Source of the DNA: an uncultured Methanomicrobiaceae archaeon
GTDB taxonomy: Archaea > Halobacteriota > Methanomicrobia > Methanomicrobiales > Methanoculleaceae
Reading direction: 5' to 3'
Length of the DNA stretch: 64,000 bases
Assembly (NCBI GenBank): GCA_963826525.1
Contig: CAWGXH010000004.1
Location: 832,001-896,000, forward strand
Made by a program: the position numbers and the translations under genes. Below, piece after piece: positions 20,995 through 30,361 of this stretch. The first letter of the stretch is position 1. Each line of letters opens with the position of its first letter. The notes beneath the pieces are model-generated. The model had not been told where the DNA came from. It saw nothing but the letters and a program-made list of their open reading frames with translations, and did not search any database.

Positions 20995-22101
20995 TCAGAG
21001 TTCGATCAGGCGGTAATTGCTCTCACCAAGGCCGATCTCCGCTCCATAGGCGATCTGGTAGTGCCCGTCCGTGTACCCCCACGTCCCCTGGAATTTGTCC
21101 TCGCCCGGGGCGTGGTTGTGTTTCAGGAACGATCTCACAAATCCGGCCTCGCTGTTGACGAGGTCGTAGCTCGCGCGATCGATCGCCACCGGATCGGTGG
21201 ATGCGAGGATGCCGATATCAGGAACGATTGCAGCGTCGCTCCAGGGGACGCAGTCGCAGTCGGGGGTTATGTCCATGAGGAAGTTCACATAGCCGATCCG
21301 CCGTTCTTTCCCCGTCACGGCACCGAGGGCGTACTCGACCATCCGTTCAAGGAACGGCCGGATCTCCGTCGTCCAGTCAAACTCGATTGCTCCCACGGGG
21401 CACGAGCGCATGCAGTCGCCGCACCCGACACAATGTTCGGGGTTTAACTGCGCCTTCCCGTCTACCATCGTCATCGCTGCCGCGGGGCAGATCCCGGTGC
21501 ACTTCCCGCATCCCATGCATCCCGCCTCGTCGAGGATCGGGCGGCCCGCGTGCTGCTCCGCCTTGCCGATGGCCGGAGCGCAGCCCATGGCGAGGTTCTT
21601 GATAGCCCCCCCGAACCCCGCGAGATCGTGCCCCTTGACGTGCGAGAGGACGATCATGCTGTCGGCGGCGGCGATAGCACCGGCGATCTTGACGGAGGCG
21701 AAGTGCCGCTTCCCGATTGCAACCTCGGCGAAGTGGCCGCTCCGCAGGCCGTCCGCGATGATCACCGGCGCGCCGACCACGGCGTAGTCGAATCCGTGCT
21801 CGACGGCGGTGATGATGTGATCGACGGCGTTTGCCCTGCTGCCCGCATACAGCGTGCCGGTGTCGGTGATAAAGGGCTGTGCCCCCTGCTCCTTCACCCG
21901 ATCCACGATCTGCCTGACGAAGACGGGTTTGATGAACGTGTCGCTGCCCCGTTCGCCGACATGGAGTTTGATGGCTGTCAGATCGCCCGGCCGTGTTACG
22001 GTGGCGAACCCCGCGGCATCGAAGAGGCGTCGTATCTTCACGATTCTGCTCTCGCTGCTGCTGCGTGCCCGGAGATTGGCAAAGTAGACGTCGGCTGTCA
22101 T
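20995..22101 (-). CDS. DUF362 family Fe-S protein with 2[4Fe-4S] ferredoxin domain
   Basis: AIKLHVGE, SHVKGH..GFGGAIKNLAMGC, CMGCGKCTGICP, CVGCGDCMRSCP, ITPDCDC, STDPVAID. Confidence 0.9.
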   Translation of the reverse strand: MTADVYFANLRARSSSESRIVKIRRLFDAAGFATVTRPGDLTAIKLHVGERGSDTFIKPVFVRQIVDRVKEQGAQPFITDTGTLYAGSRANAVDHIITAVEHGFDYAVVGAPVIIADGLRSGHFAEVAIGKRHFASVKIAGAIAAADSMIVLSHVKGHDLAGFGGAIKNLAMGCAPAIGKAEQHAGRPILDEAGCMGCGKCTGICPAAAMTMVDGKAQLNPEHCVGCGDCMRSCPVGAIEFDWTTEIRPFLERMVEYALGAVTGKERRIGYVNFLMDITPDCDCVPWSDAAIVPDIGILASTDPVAIDRASYDLVNSEAGFVRSFLKHNHAPGEDKFQGTWGYTDGHYQIAYGAEIGLGESNYRLIEL

Positions 22102-22177
22102 GGAAGGAATACTCCTGCATCACAGGATGGGTGCAAAGCGCTGTATAAAAGTAGACTGAAAAGGGGAGGCTCCCCGG

Positions 22178-22737
22178 TCAGCGGAGGGCCGAGAGGACGA
22201 TATCGCCGTTCGAGGTGAGGACGGTGTTCGTCGCTCCTCCGCTGCCGAGCGTCCCGGCAAGGTTTGTCTCCGACGACTGCCGGAGTGCGAGGGGGAGATC
22301 AGTGGCGGCGATTCTGCCGCCGCTCGTCCCGGCGACGATCGTCGCGTTGATCTCAGGTGCTATGGCGAGCCTGAATCCGCGTTGCTCGTCGTAATGGATA
22401 CATCTCCCCGGATGGCCGGGATGCCGGCGGTGATAGCCCCGTTCGTGGTCTCGACCGAGACCGGGTCTCCTTCGCGCACGATAATGTCGGCCCTCGCCAG
22501 TTCCTCCTCGCTGTAGGGTGTCCGCATAACGGCATCTACCTGAGCGGTGCTCTCGTTCCAGGGAGCGACCGCTACGTCTCCGTTCAGGCTCCGCACCGAG
22601 AGTGCGGTGCCGGGCGGCACCGGTACAGTCAGGTTGACGTTCTTCTCCGCCTCCCCGCCGACGAACGGCGGTGCGGTGCATGCGGCGGTGCAGGCAAGGC
22701 CGACCAGCAGCAGAAGGAGGAACTAGTCCTGCGCCAT
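22178..22737 (-). pseudogene. DUF4097 / adhesin-like beta-strand-repeat exported protein, disrupted
   Basis: ATG overlaps permease stop; TAG at codon 5; hydrophobic leader; repeats SLNGDV, TTNGAI, TSNGDI split across frames. Confidence 0.6.
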
Positions 22738-23573
22738 TACGTCACCACCGCCCTTCGGAAGGTCTGCCAGGCGACGACATACATTGCCGTGGTGAAGACG
22801 GCGAGAGCGCCGAACGCGATCAGGATATCGACCGGGGTGTAGGAGTAGTGCGTACCGATCGCAAAGAAATCGCTGCCGATGGCGAAGTAGCGGATGCCGG
22901 TGACGAGGTAGGTGAGCGGGTTGAGGGCCGAGAGTGCCTGCAGGACGGGCGGGAAGGCCGATATCGGGTAGAGGGCGTTTGAGACGAAGAAGAGCGGCAG
23001 CGTCAGGAGGGTGATGACTCCCTGCAGCCCTTCCGGGCTCTCCATCCGCATGGAGATGGTGGAGGAGAGGAAGAGGAACCCGAGGGAGAAGACGCCGACG
23101 AAGAGGAGGATGCCGAGGATGGAGTAGGCGATCTGCAGAGCCGAGTAGCCCTGGAAGAAACTGACGCCGAGAAAGAGCCCGAAGACCATGATGATCATCA
23201 CCTGGATGAAGGATTTGGTCATTCCCGAGAGGCTGATCCCGATCATGATATCCGTCCGTGGGATGGGACTTGCCATCATCTCCCGCATCAGCCCCCAGTT
23301 TTTATCGAAGAGGAGGCTGATCCCGCCGAAGAGGCTTGTAAAAAGTGTGGTCATCGCGATCACCCCGGCCGCCATGAAGGTGAGGTACTCGACCGCATAG
23401 ACTCCTTCCGGGACAGGGATGGCGCTCGTCAGCTGGTTGAAGTTGCTCGACATCGCAACGCCGAAGAAAGCCATCCAGAGCGCCGGCTGGAGCAGCGAGG
23501 AGAAGAGGAGCGCCCGGAACCGGATGAACCGGATCATGTCCCGCCAGTAGATGGTCAGGAAGGCCATCCTCAT
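22737..23573 (-). CDS. ABC-2 type exporter permease (DrrB-like)
   Basis: SSLLQPALW, YLTFMAAGVIAM, REMMASP, LFFVSNALYP, NPLTYLV. Confidence 0.9.
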   Translation of the reverse strand: MRMAFLTIYWRDMIRFIRFRALLFSSLLQPALWMAFFGVAMSSNFNQLTSAIPVPEGVYAVEYLTFMAAGVIAMTTLFTSLFGGISLLFDKNWGLMREMMASPIPRTDIMIGISLSGMTKSFIQVMIIMVFGLFLGVSFFQGYSALQIAYSILGILLFVGVFSLGFLFLSSTISMRMESPEGLQGVITLLTLPLFFVSNALYPISAFPPVLQALSALNPLTYLVTGIRYFAIGSDFFAIGTHYSYTPVDILIAFGALAVFTTAMYVVAWQTFRRAVVT

Positions 23574-24535
23574 CGCCCTCCCCTCCCCGCCTCGCCGGTA
23601 TCCCTGAGCTCCCGCCCGGTATAGTGGACGAAGACGTCGTCCATGGAGGGTTTCTTGAGGTTGACGCTCCGGATGGTGATCCCCTGCCGCCGCACCCGAT
23701 CCATGACTTCCGGCAGGCAGCGGCTCCCGTCCTCGGTGATGGTGATGGCAAGGCCGCGCGACGAGACTATGATATTCCGGATGCTTGCAAGGCTGCCGAG
23801 CGTCTCCTCCGCCGCCCGGTTGTCGGTGGTGTCGAGGTAGATCACATCCTCCCCGAGGGCGTTCTTCAGGTCGTCCGGGGTGCCGGAGGTGATGATCTCC
23901 CCGTGATCGATGATGCTGATCCGGTCGCTCAGGGTATCCGCTTCGTCCATGTAGTGGGTGGTGAGGAATATCGTCGTTCCTCCCCTGTTGACCTGCTCGA
24001 TGTAGTCCCACATCCGCAGGCGTGTCTGGGGGTCAAGGCCGATCGTCGGCTCGTCGAGGAAGAGCACCTCGGGCTGCGTCATCAGGCCGCGGGCGATCTC
24101 GAGCCTGCGTTTCATTCCACCGGAGAGGTTCTTCGTCCGCTCGTTCCGTTTCCCCGCAAGTTCCACGATCTGGAGCATCTCTTCGATCTTCGTCCGCCGT
24201 TCGTCCCGCGGGATGTCGTAGAGCCTTCCGTGAAACTCCATCGTCTCCCAGACTGTGAGGTCGCGGTCGAGCACCTCGTTCTGGAAGACGACGCCTATTG
24301 ACTCTCTGACCCGTGCGGGCTCTTTTGCCACGTCGTAGCCGGCGATGCGGACTGTTCCATGTTGCAGGGGGAGGAGGGTGATCAGGACGTTGATGGTGGT
24401 GCTCTTCCCTGCGCCGTTCGGGCCGAGGAATGAGAAAATTTCCCCCTTCCGGACTGTGAAACTGATCCCCTTCACTGCCTGAAAGCCGTCGAACGAGTGT
24501 TCGAGGTTGTTCACTTCAATGATCTTCTCAGTCAT
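23570..24535 (-). CDS. ABC exporter ATP-binding protein (DrrA-like)
   Basis: GPNGAGKST, LSGGMKRR, LFLDEPT, TTHYMDEA. Confidence 0.93.
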   Translation of the reverse strand: MTEKIIEVNNLEHSFDGFQAVKGISFTVRKGEIFSFLGPNGAGKSTTINVLITLLPLQHGTVRIAGYDVAKEPARVRESIGVVFQNEVLDRDLTVWETMEFHGRLYDIPRDERRTKIEEMLQIVELAGKRNERTKNLSGGMKRRLEIARGLMTQPEVLFLDEPTIGLDPQTRLRMWDYIEQVNRGGTTIFLTTHYMDEADTLSDRISIIDHGEIITSGTPDDLKNALGEDVIYLDTTDNRAAEETLGSLASIRNIIVSSRGLAITITEDGSRCLPEVMDRVRRQGITIRSVNLKKPSMDDVFVHYTGRELRDTGEAGRGGR

Positions 24536-24591
24536 CGATCCTGCTCTGCCTCCCGTCCACTACTCTTGCTCGTGCCATATCTCCCTTTCCG

Positions 24592-25941
24592 TCAGGTGCC
24601 TGCCGGTGTCCCGCCCTCCTGCATCCGCTGGAAGGTGAGCACCCGGAATGAGAGGAGGAATACCGCGAGGATGACGACACCCGAGACGAGGAAGGCCGCA
24701 GGGCCTATCGCCTCATAGAGGACTCCGCCGAGGATCAGCCCGATGATGCTCGCGAGGCTCCCGGCACTCCCCGCAAACCCCTGCACTGACCCCTGGTAGG
24801 TCTTCCCGGCGACCTTCGAGAGGAGCGAGAGGAATGACGGCCACATGATCCCGTTGCCGACGGCAAAGAGTACTGCGCTTACGTAGATGAGCAGCAGATT
24901 CCCGGTCACAAGGATGGCAAACCCGATGCCGAGGACGGCGCTCCCGGTGACGATCAGGACGGCTTCCACGTAGCGCTTCGAGATCCGGGAGAGCACGGGC
25001 CCCTGCACCACCACCATCATAACGCTGATGGCGGAGTAGTAGATCCCGAGATCCGCAGCCGTCCAGGCAAGGCTGCCTGCGGCGAAGGCGGGGAACGCGG
25101 TGTAGTAGATGTTGAACCCGAGGAAGATGAGGAAGTAGAGCGCCAGGAGGAAGGGGATGTGGCTGATCCGGAAAGCACCCCGGAAAGAGCGTTTCTTCTC
25201 GCTCCCGGCAAAGGAGCAGTCAGTATGCTCCTGTCCGAAGACCTTCCGGACGCTTCCCACTTCGGGATTCTGGCTGATGGCGCACCGGTTCGACTCCGGC
25301 AGCCAGAACGCGATAATCAGGGTACCGACGACCGAGATCAGGAACGCCGCGATCACCGGGAGGATATCGCCGTAGATCGTGGCGCCGAGGATTCCGGCGA
25401 GTGCCGGACCGACGATATAACCCATATTGGACGCGACCGACATCCGCCCGAAGTTCCGGTTCCGCTCCGCCTCGCCGGTGACATCGGCGAGATAGGCGTT
25501 CGCGACCGAGACGTTGCCGCCGGTGATCCCGTCGAGCGCCCGGGCGACGAAGAGGACGAGCAGCGGCAGGGTGAGTACGAAGATCCCGAGCAGGCCTGAG
25601 TCTATCGCCGCAACCGGAATGAGCGGCAGGAAGAATGCGGCAAGAAAGATCCCCCAGGCGGCGAGGGTGCCCACCTGGGAGAGAAAGAGAACCTTCCGCC
25701 GTCCGCGGATATCCGACCACCGGCCGAGGATCGGAGCCCCGATGAGCTGGAAGGCCGGGTAAGTCGAGGCGAGCAGCCCGTAGACGAGGGCGTTTCCGCC
25801 CCACGCCTCCACGAGGAAGATCAGGAACGTGAAGACGATCCCAAACCCCAGCGTCCCGATGAACGTGACGGCGTAGAGCGGAACGAGCGCCCTTCCCGTG
25901 AATATTTCGGGCGATCCGGGTGGCTCGGGCAGCAGGGGCAT
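24592..25941 (-). CDS. MFS transporter (TetA/DHA1-like)
   Basis: GRWSDIRGRRKV motif A, ARALDGITGG, GPALAG; about 12 TM; start trimmed to ATG 25941. Confidence 0.88.
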   Translation of the reverse strand: MPLLPEPPGSPEIFTGRALVPLYAVTFIGTLGFGIVFTFLIFLVEAWGGNALVYGLLASTYPAFQLIGAPILGRWSDIRGRRKVLFLSQVGTLAAWGIFLAAFFLPLIPVAAIDSGLLGIFVLTLPLLVLFVARALDGITGGNVSVANAYLADVTGEAERNRNFGRMSVASNMGYIVGPALAGILGATIYGDILPVIAAFLISVVGTLIIAFWLPESNRCAISQNPEVGSVRKVFGQEHTDCSFAGSEKKRSFRGAFRISHIPFLLALYFLIFLGFNIYYTAFPAFAAGSLAWTAADLGIYYSAISVMMVVVQGPVLSRISKRYVEAVLIVTGSAVLGIGFAILVTGNLLLIYVSAVLFAVGNGIMWPSFLSLLSKVAGKTYQGSVQGFAGSAGSLASIIGLILGGVLYEAIGPAAFLVSGVVILAVFLLSFRVLTFQRMQEGGTPAGT

Positions 25942-26050
25942 CGATGGCGCTGATGCCGGGAGGGTACATATACCTTTCCGGCAGGAGTGTTTCAGAGCAC
26001 TGTCCTTCCCGGTGCAGGGTCGCACTGCCGTTACCGACTCGTATCTCTCC

Positions 26051-26148
26051 GCCCGCCGGAGGAATCCCCTCACCGTCTCGAGTACCTCGCTCTTCTCGAG
26101 GTGGTGCTCGTGCGAAGCGCCTTCAAAGACTGCGACCTTGGTGTTCGG
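26051..26148 (-). pseudogene. 3' remnant of proline iminopeptidase (copy of 30381-30481)
   Basis: PNTKVAVFEGASHEHHLEKSE-VLETVRGFLRRA vs PNAEVAIFEGASHEHHLEKSEEYLETVRKFLRRA; about 10 mismatches and 3 gap bases over about 100 nt by hand alignment. Confidence 0.85.
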
Positions 26149-26164
26149 CTCATCAACCCCCGGT

Positions 26165-26250
26165 GGAGCCGCTGCCTGATCCCGGTCGACGGGTTCTTCG
26201 AATGGCGGGAGGGAGAGGAGTTCATCTGGCCGGTGAAGCGGTGGTGGTGA
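26165..26250 (+). pseudogene. remnant of SOS-response-associated peptidase (SRAP/YedK/HMCES)
   Basis: RCLIPVDGFFEW matches the SRAP RCLIPxDGFYEW motif; stops 14 codons later. Confidence 0.6.
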
Positions 26251-26470
26251 AGGCAAGCCTCCATCTCAAGCGACGGCACGACCCGAATGAGGCGGATACC
26301 GACGGTGACGGCTATTCTGATTACGAAGAGCGTATCGATCCCGACTCGCCGACTCCTGCAGTAAACGAAGACGTCAATCCCGAAAGATCGTGCAGGGCAG
26401 GTCCCTGGTTCACAGCCCGACGATGCGAACGACCCGGCTCGGAAAAACAGAGGGGGGAATCCCCGTGCCG

Positions 26471-27941
26471 TCAGTCGGACGGTATCGGAGCTGGCATCCC
26501 GATACCGTCCTCCCGTCCCCGCATCGCCGAGACGATGATCGCCGGTACGGTCAGGATGCAGGAGAGGAGAAAGACTGCCGTAATCCCCTGCGTGAAGGTG
26601 ATCTGAACGGCAACGGGCATGTTCATGCCGCCGACGACGAACATGTTCATCATCTGGTCGAGCGGGATGGTGCTGACGAGCAGCGGGAGGGCGAGGGTCA
26701 TCGAGATGACCATGCCGGTATTGTTGAAGAACGCCCGCATCGCCGACGCTGCCCCGCGTCGGTCTACGGGTACTGACGCCATGATCGCACTCGTGTTGGG
26801 CGGCTGGAAGAGCCCTGACCCAAAGCCGTTCACAAACATCCAGAGCGCAATTACCCAGTAGGGCGTGTCGTACTGCATCAGAGCAAGTCCGGCGAGCCCT
26901 GCGACCGAGATGACGAGTCCTGCCGTGCTGATCAGGCGGGAACCGTACCTGTCCGAGAGAATGCCACCGATGGGCCCGGTGATGACAAGGCCGATGGCAA
27001 GCGGGGTGATGAGAATGCTTGCCATCAGGGGGTCGTAGCCTTTGAGCCCCTGGAAGAACAGGATCAGGAGCAGCATCACGGCGCCGCGTGCAATGGCGTT
27101 GATGAAGGCGCTCATCTGACCGTAGTCTGAATGCCCTGATCGAGAAGAGCGAGAGGTCGATCAGCGGGTGGGGCGTGCTCGTCTCGTGCCGGATGAAAGC
27201 AGCGAGAGACACCAGGCCGACTGCGAGACAGAGGAGCATCGGGAGCGAAAAGAGGTCGAAAAGGAATCCCGCGCTGCCGTAGACCGTCAGCGTGAGGAAC
27301 GCGACGGCAAACAGCATCATGCCCCGGATATCGAACGACTCGGTCGCGGTGAATTTCTCGACCTCGCGGAGCCGGTAATAGGCATAGACCGCCGCGGCAG
27401 CTCCCAGCGGAATGTTCAGGAAGAAATTCAGCCGCCAGTCGATGAGTGTCAGGAAACCACCGATTATCGGTCCGACCACAAAAGTTGCTGCCATGATCAT
27501 TGAGAGGATGCCCATCGCTTTGCCGAGCTCGTGCCTCGGGAAGGCATCGACGACGATGATGACGCCGTTGGCGATGATGATTGCACCTCCGATCGCCTGG
27601 AGTACGCGGAATCCGATGAGTTGGGTGACATCGGCGGCGAGCCCGCAGAAAAGTGACCCAATGGTGAAGACGACGAGCCCGGCGATATAGAGATTCCTGC
27701 GCCCGTACATATCGGCAAGCCGGCCGCTGGCGGGTGCAAGAATCGTGATGAGGAGCATGTAACTGATGAGCACCCAGGTAACCCCGACAAGGTCGGTCCC
27801 GAGGCTCACCATCATCACGGGAAGTGCGATAATGAGTGTGCTTGCGTTGAGTACCCCGAGGAGAGTCCCAAGAGCCGCAATGACCATTGCAATCCACTTG
27901 TAACCCTGATCCGGGGTATTCGGAATAACCTGATTTTCCAC
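26471..27941 (-). CDS. MFS transporter (DHA2/EmrB-like), frameshift near 27120
   Basis: GRLADMYGRR, RVLQAIGG, GPIIGGFL..WRLNFFLNIP, GILSDRYG, FQPPNTSAIM. Confidence 0.88.
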
Positions 27942-28141
27942 GAAAAATCGCCTCTTATATGTTGATGTTGCCTGGATGAATAGGTTTCACAGGAGAGTAC
28001 GGCTGTATAGAGGCGTGTCTGGCAGGTGATGCGTGGGGAGTGTTTCATAGGGATGGATGCGGGAGATTGCCTCCTCTCCGTATGTCTATTTCCCTCTCGT
28101 CCCGGAGCAAAGCACTGCCGATCCTTCTTCTCACATCCCGA

Positions 28142-28909
28142 TCACCTGTTGAACTTCTTGTACAGGCGGTTCGCCGCGAATTGGAAGACCAGAATAAAGA
28201 GCACCAACATCAGGATATCCAGCAGCGGCGAAAAGAGCGACGTGCCGGTATATGCGTACTCGATCATGTCGTTTCCGTAGGTGAGCGGGGAGAAGAGCGC
28301 GATGACCCGGCCGATCTGCGGCATGGCCGATAGCGAGATAAAGACACCGGAGATGAAGATAAGTGGCAGCCTGACCGTATTGAGCATCGACATTACTTCT
28401 CCCACGTTCTCGGTAGGGTACGCGGCGAACAAAGTCCCGAGTGTCGCAAAACAGAATGCAGTCAGTACCATGGCGGGTACAAGAACCGGAGCATGGACTA
28501 TCGGGGTGCCGAACAGGACGATGCCGATCACGAGCGGAAGGCACGCGATACAGAGGCTGTACAGAAAACCACTCATGCTCTCTCCAATGACCAGCGAATT
28601 GAGTGAGATCGGTGCCGCGAGCATCCGGTCGAATGTTTTTACCCGCCGTTCGATGGGTATCGAGACCGGTTCTATTGACGAGGCCGAGAACAGAAGTGTG
28701 ATCGAGATGAGCCCCGGGATCAGGGTGCCGGGCGGGGCGTTCTTCCCGATGGCAAAGGCAAGGAACATGAAGAGCGGGAAGAGGATGCCGGAGACGATGA
28801 TGTTGGGCTTGATGTAATAGATCTTCATGTCCTTTCTGGCAATCGCCCATGCAGCGGACATCTCCCGGGCAAGACGTTTTGACCACATCTCACGTTCAAT
28901 CGATGGCAT
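28142..28909 (-). CDS. ABC-2 type permease
   Basis: ERRVKTFDRMLAAP, PLIFISGVF, SPLTY. Confidence 0.88.
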   Translation of the reverse strand: MPSIEREMWSKRLAREMSAAWAIARKDMKIYYIKPNIIVSGILFPLFMFLAFAIGKNAPPGTLIPGLISITLLFSASSIEPVSIPIERRVKTFDRMLAAPISLNSLVIGESMSGFLYSLCIACLPLVIGIVLFGTPIVHAPVLVPAMVLTAFCFATLGTLFAAYPTENVGEVMSMLNTVRLPLIFISGVFISLSAMPQIGRVIALFSPLTYGNDMIEYAYTGTSLFSPLLDILMLVLFILVFQFAANRLYKKFNR

Positions 28910-29852
28910 AGACGGCACCTCCTGTCCGCTGCAAGCCGGTCAGACGGATGAACACGTCCTCGAGGCTCGGGCCGAGCGTCGTGATACTAATTACCTTGAG
29001 ATTGTGAGCGTGGGCGTATGCCATCACGGCATCGATGACTGCAGACGGATCTTCCGTATAGAGCTTGAATTTGTCGCCGGCCTTACGTGCATCGTTCACC
29101 ATCGGAAACCGGCGAAGGTCGTCCGGCAGGCCCGCCGGAGCGCGGTCGAAGGAGAACTCGATTGACTGCACGCTCTGAATCGTCTTTTTCAGCCGTTCCG
29201 GTGCGTCAATGGCGGCAATGCTGCCTGTATTGATGATCGCGACCCGGTCGCACATGACATTTGCCTCCTCGATATTGTGCGTCGTCAAAAAAACCGTGAC
29301 GCCCTCGCGGACGAGATCCGTGACCACGTCCCGGATGATGAGGTTGCTCTGTACATCGAGCCCTGAGGTTGGTTCGTCCAGGAAGAGCAGGCGCGGACTG
29401 TTGACCAGCCCCATCGCGAGCGTCAGCCTGCGTTTCATCCCCTTCGAAAACCCGCGGACCCTATCGTTGCGCCGATCGTATAACCCAAAGAGCGTTAATA
29501 ACTCTACTGATTTCCTCTCCCGTTCTTTCCGCCCCACATGATAGAGTTCAGCCGAAAACATCATATTCTGCCATGCAGTCAGGTCGTCGTACACATTCGA
29601 GGTCTCGGATACGATCCCCATAGACTGTCGTGCGGCGATGGTTTCGCGCTCGATATCGTGGCCGAAGATGGTTGCCGTCCCTGAGGTCGGGCTCGAGATG
29701 CCCGTTAGAATACGAATGGTGGTGGTCTTGCCGGCGCCATTGGGGCCCAGAAACCCGAAGATCTCTCCTTCTTCCACTGAGAATGTGATATCGTTGAGTG
29801 CGGTGAGAGAGCCGAATTGTTTGACGAGATGAGATACTTCAATTGCCTGCAC
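28896..29852 (-). CDS. ABC transporter ATP-binding protein
   Basis: GPNGAGKTT, FSKGMKRR, LFLDEPT, TTHNIEEA. Confidence 0.93.
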   Translation of the reverse strand: MQAIEVSHLVKQFGSLTALNDITFSVEEGEIFGFLGPNGAGKTTTIRILTGISSPTSGTATIFGHDIERETIAARQSMGIVSETSNVYDDLTAWQNMMFSAELYHVGRKERERKSVELLTLFGLYDRRNDRVRGFSKGMKRRLTLAMGLVNSPRLLFLDEPTSGLDVQSNLIIRDVVTDLVREGVTVFLTTHNIEEANVMCDRVAIINTGSIAAIDAPERLKKTIQSVQSIEFSFDRAPAGLPDDLRRFPMVNDARKAGDKFKLYTEDPSAVIDAVMAYAHAHNLKVISITTLGPSLEDVFIRLTGLQRTGGAVYAID

Positions 29853-29886
29853 GAATTTCGATATTTATGGGTTCGTATATATCAAT

Positions 29887-29904
29887 TAGTTGCCTGGTCA
29901 ACTA
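29887..29904. promoter_or_regulatory. candidate operator palindrome next to TATA of ABC operon
   Basis: TAGTTG-CCTGGT-CAACTA, directly upstream (minus strand) of TTGATATATA, about 35 nt from GTG 29852. Confidence 0.6.
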
Positions 29905-30060
29905 TGCTCGAATTTTTCCGGATTTGGTTGGGGGGCATGAAGGGTATGAAAAATCAGCGCAATTCATGGAATTCCCAGAAAAAGGAGCAACATCCTGAAA
30001 TTAATCCCGGCGGTGCTCGACGGGGGACAAGAAGATGGGGCGAAAGACTGAGTCGATATC

Positions 30061-30219
30061 TGTACCGGTCGTTCATCCTGTTTTGCAACCGGGGATTGCG
30101 TCTATGGCGACGATGCCGGTTCTCTTCTCCAAAAATGGAGACGGCCGACGGCATCGTCCTGGATTTGCCGATGTATATCGACAGCGTGACCGCACAACCT
30201 GAACGCCTGGATCGACCGA
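30061..30219 (+). pseudogene. internal remnant of an Isf/flavodoxin gene
   Basis: CTGRSSCFATGDCVYGDDAGSLLQK / METADGIVLDLPMYIDSVTAQ / NAWIDR across frames. Confidence 0.7.
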
Positions 30220-30237
30220 TCCATCGCCCGTGTTCCT

Positions 30238-30325
30238 GTCGAGTGCCCGGGCGACGAAGAGGATGAGAAGATCCCGGGACGGCGAGGGTGCCTGTCTGGG
30301 AGAGATAGAGAATCTTCCGCCGTCC
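30238..30325 (-). pseudogene. remnant of the MFS gene at 24592-25941, with internal deletion
   Basis: 30238-30267 matches 25531-25560 (28/30), then jumps to match about 25646-25704. Confidence 0.85.
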
Positions 30326-30361
30326 ATGCACCGAGATACGAAAACCGAAGGAAAGAGATCT

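Noticed and set aside
22288-22299. CGAGGGGGAGAT match to the tRNA-Ser 3' end as a second att site
   Set aside because: Only 12 bp, low complexity, and inside coding sequence; likely chance.
24592-26256. 554-aa peptidase-MFS fusion ORF
   Set aside because: The N-terminal extension is a peptidase scrap plus antisense SRAP remnant that happens to be in frame.
26070-27941. 623-aa MFS with a novel C-terminal domain
   Set aside because: Frameshift artefact; the true C-terminal half is ORF 26471-27115.
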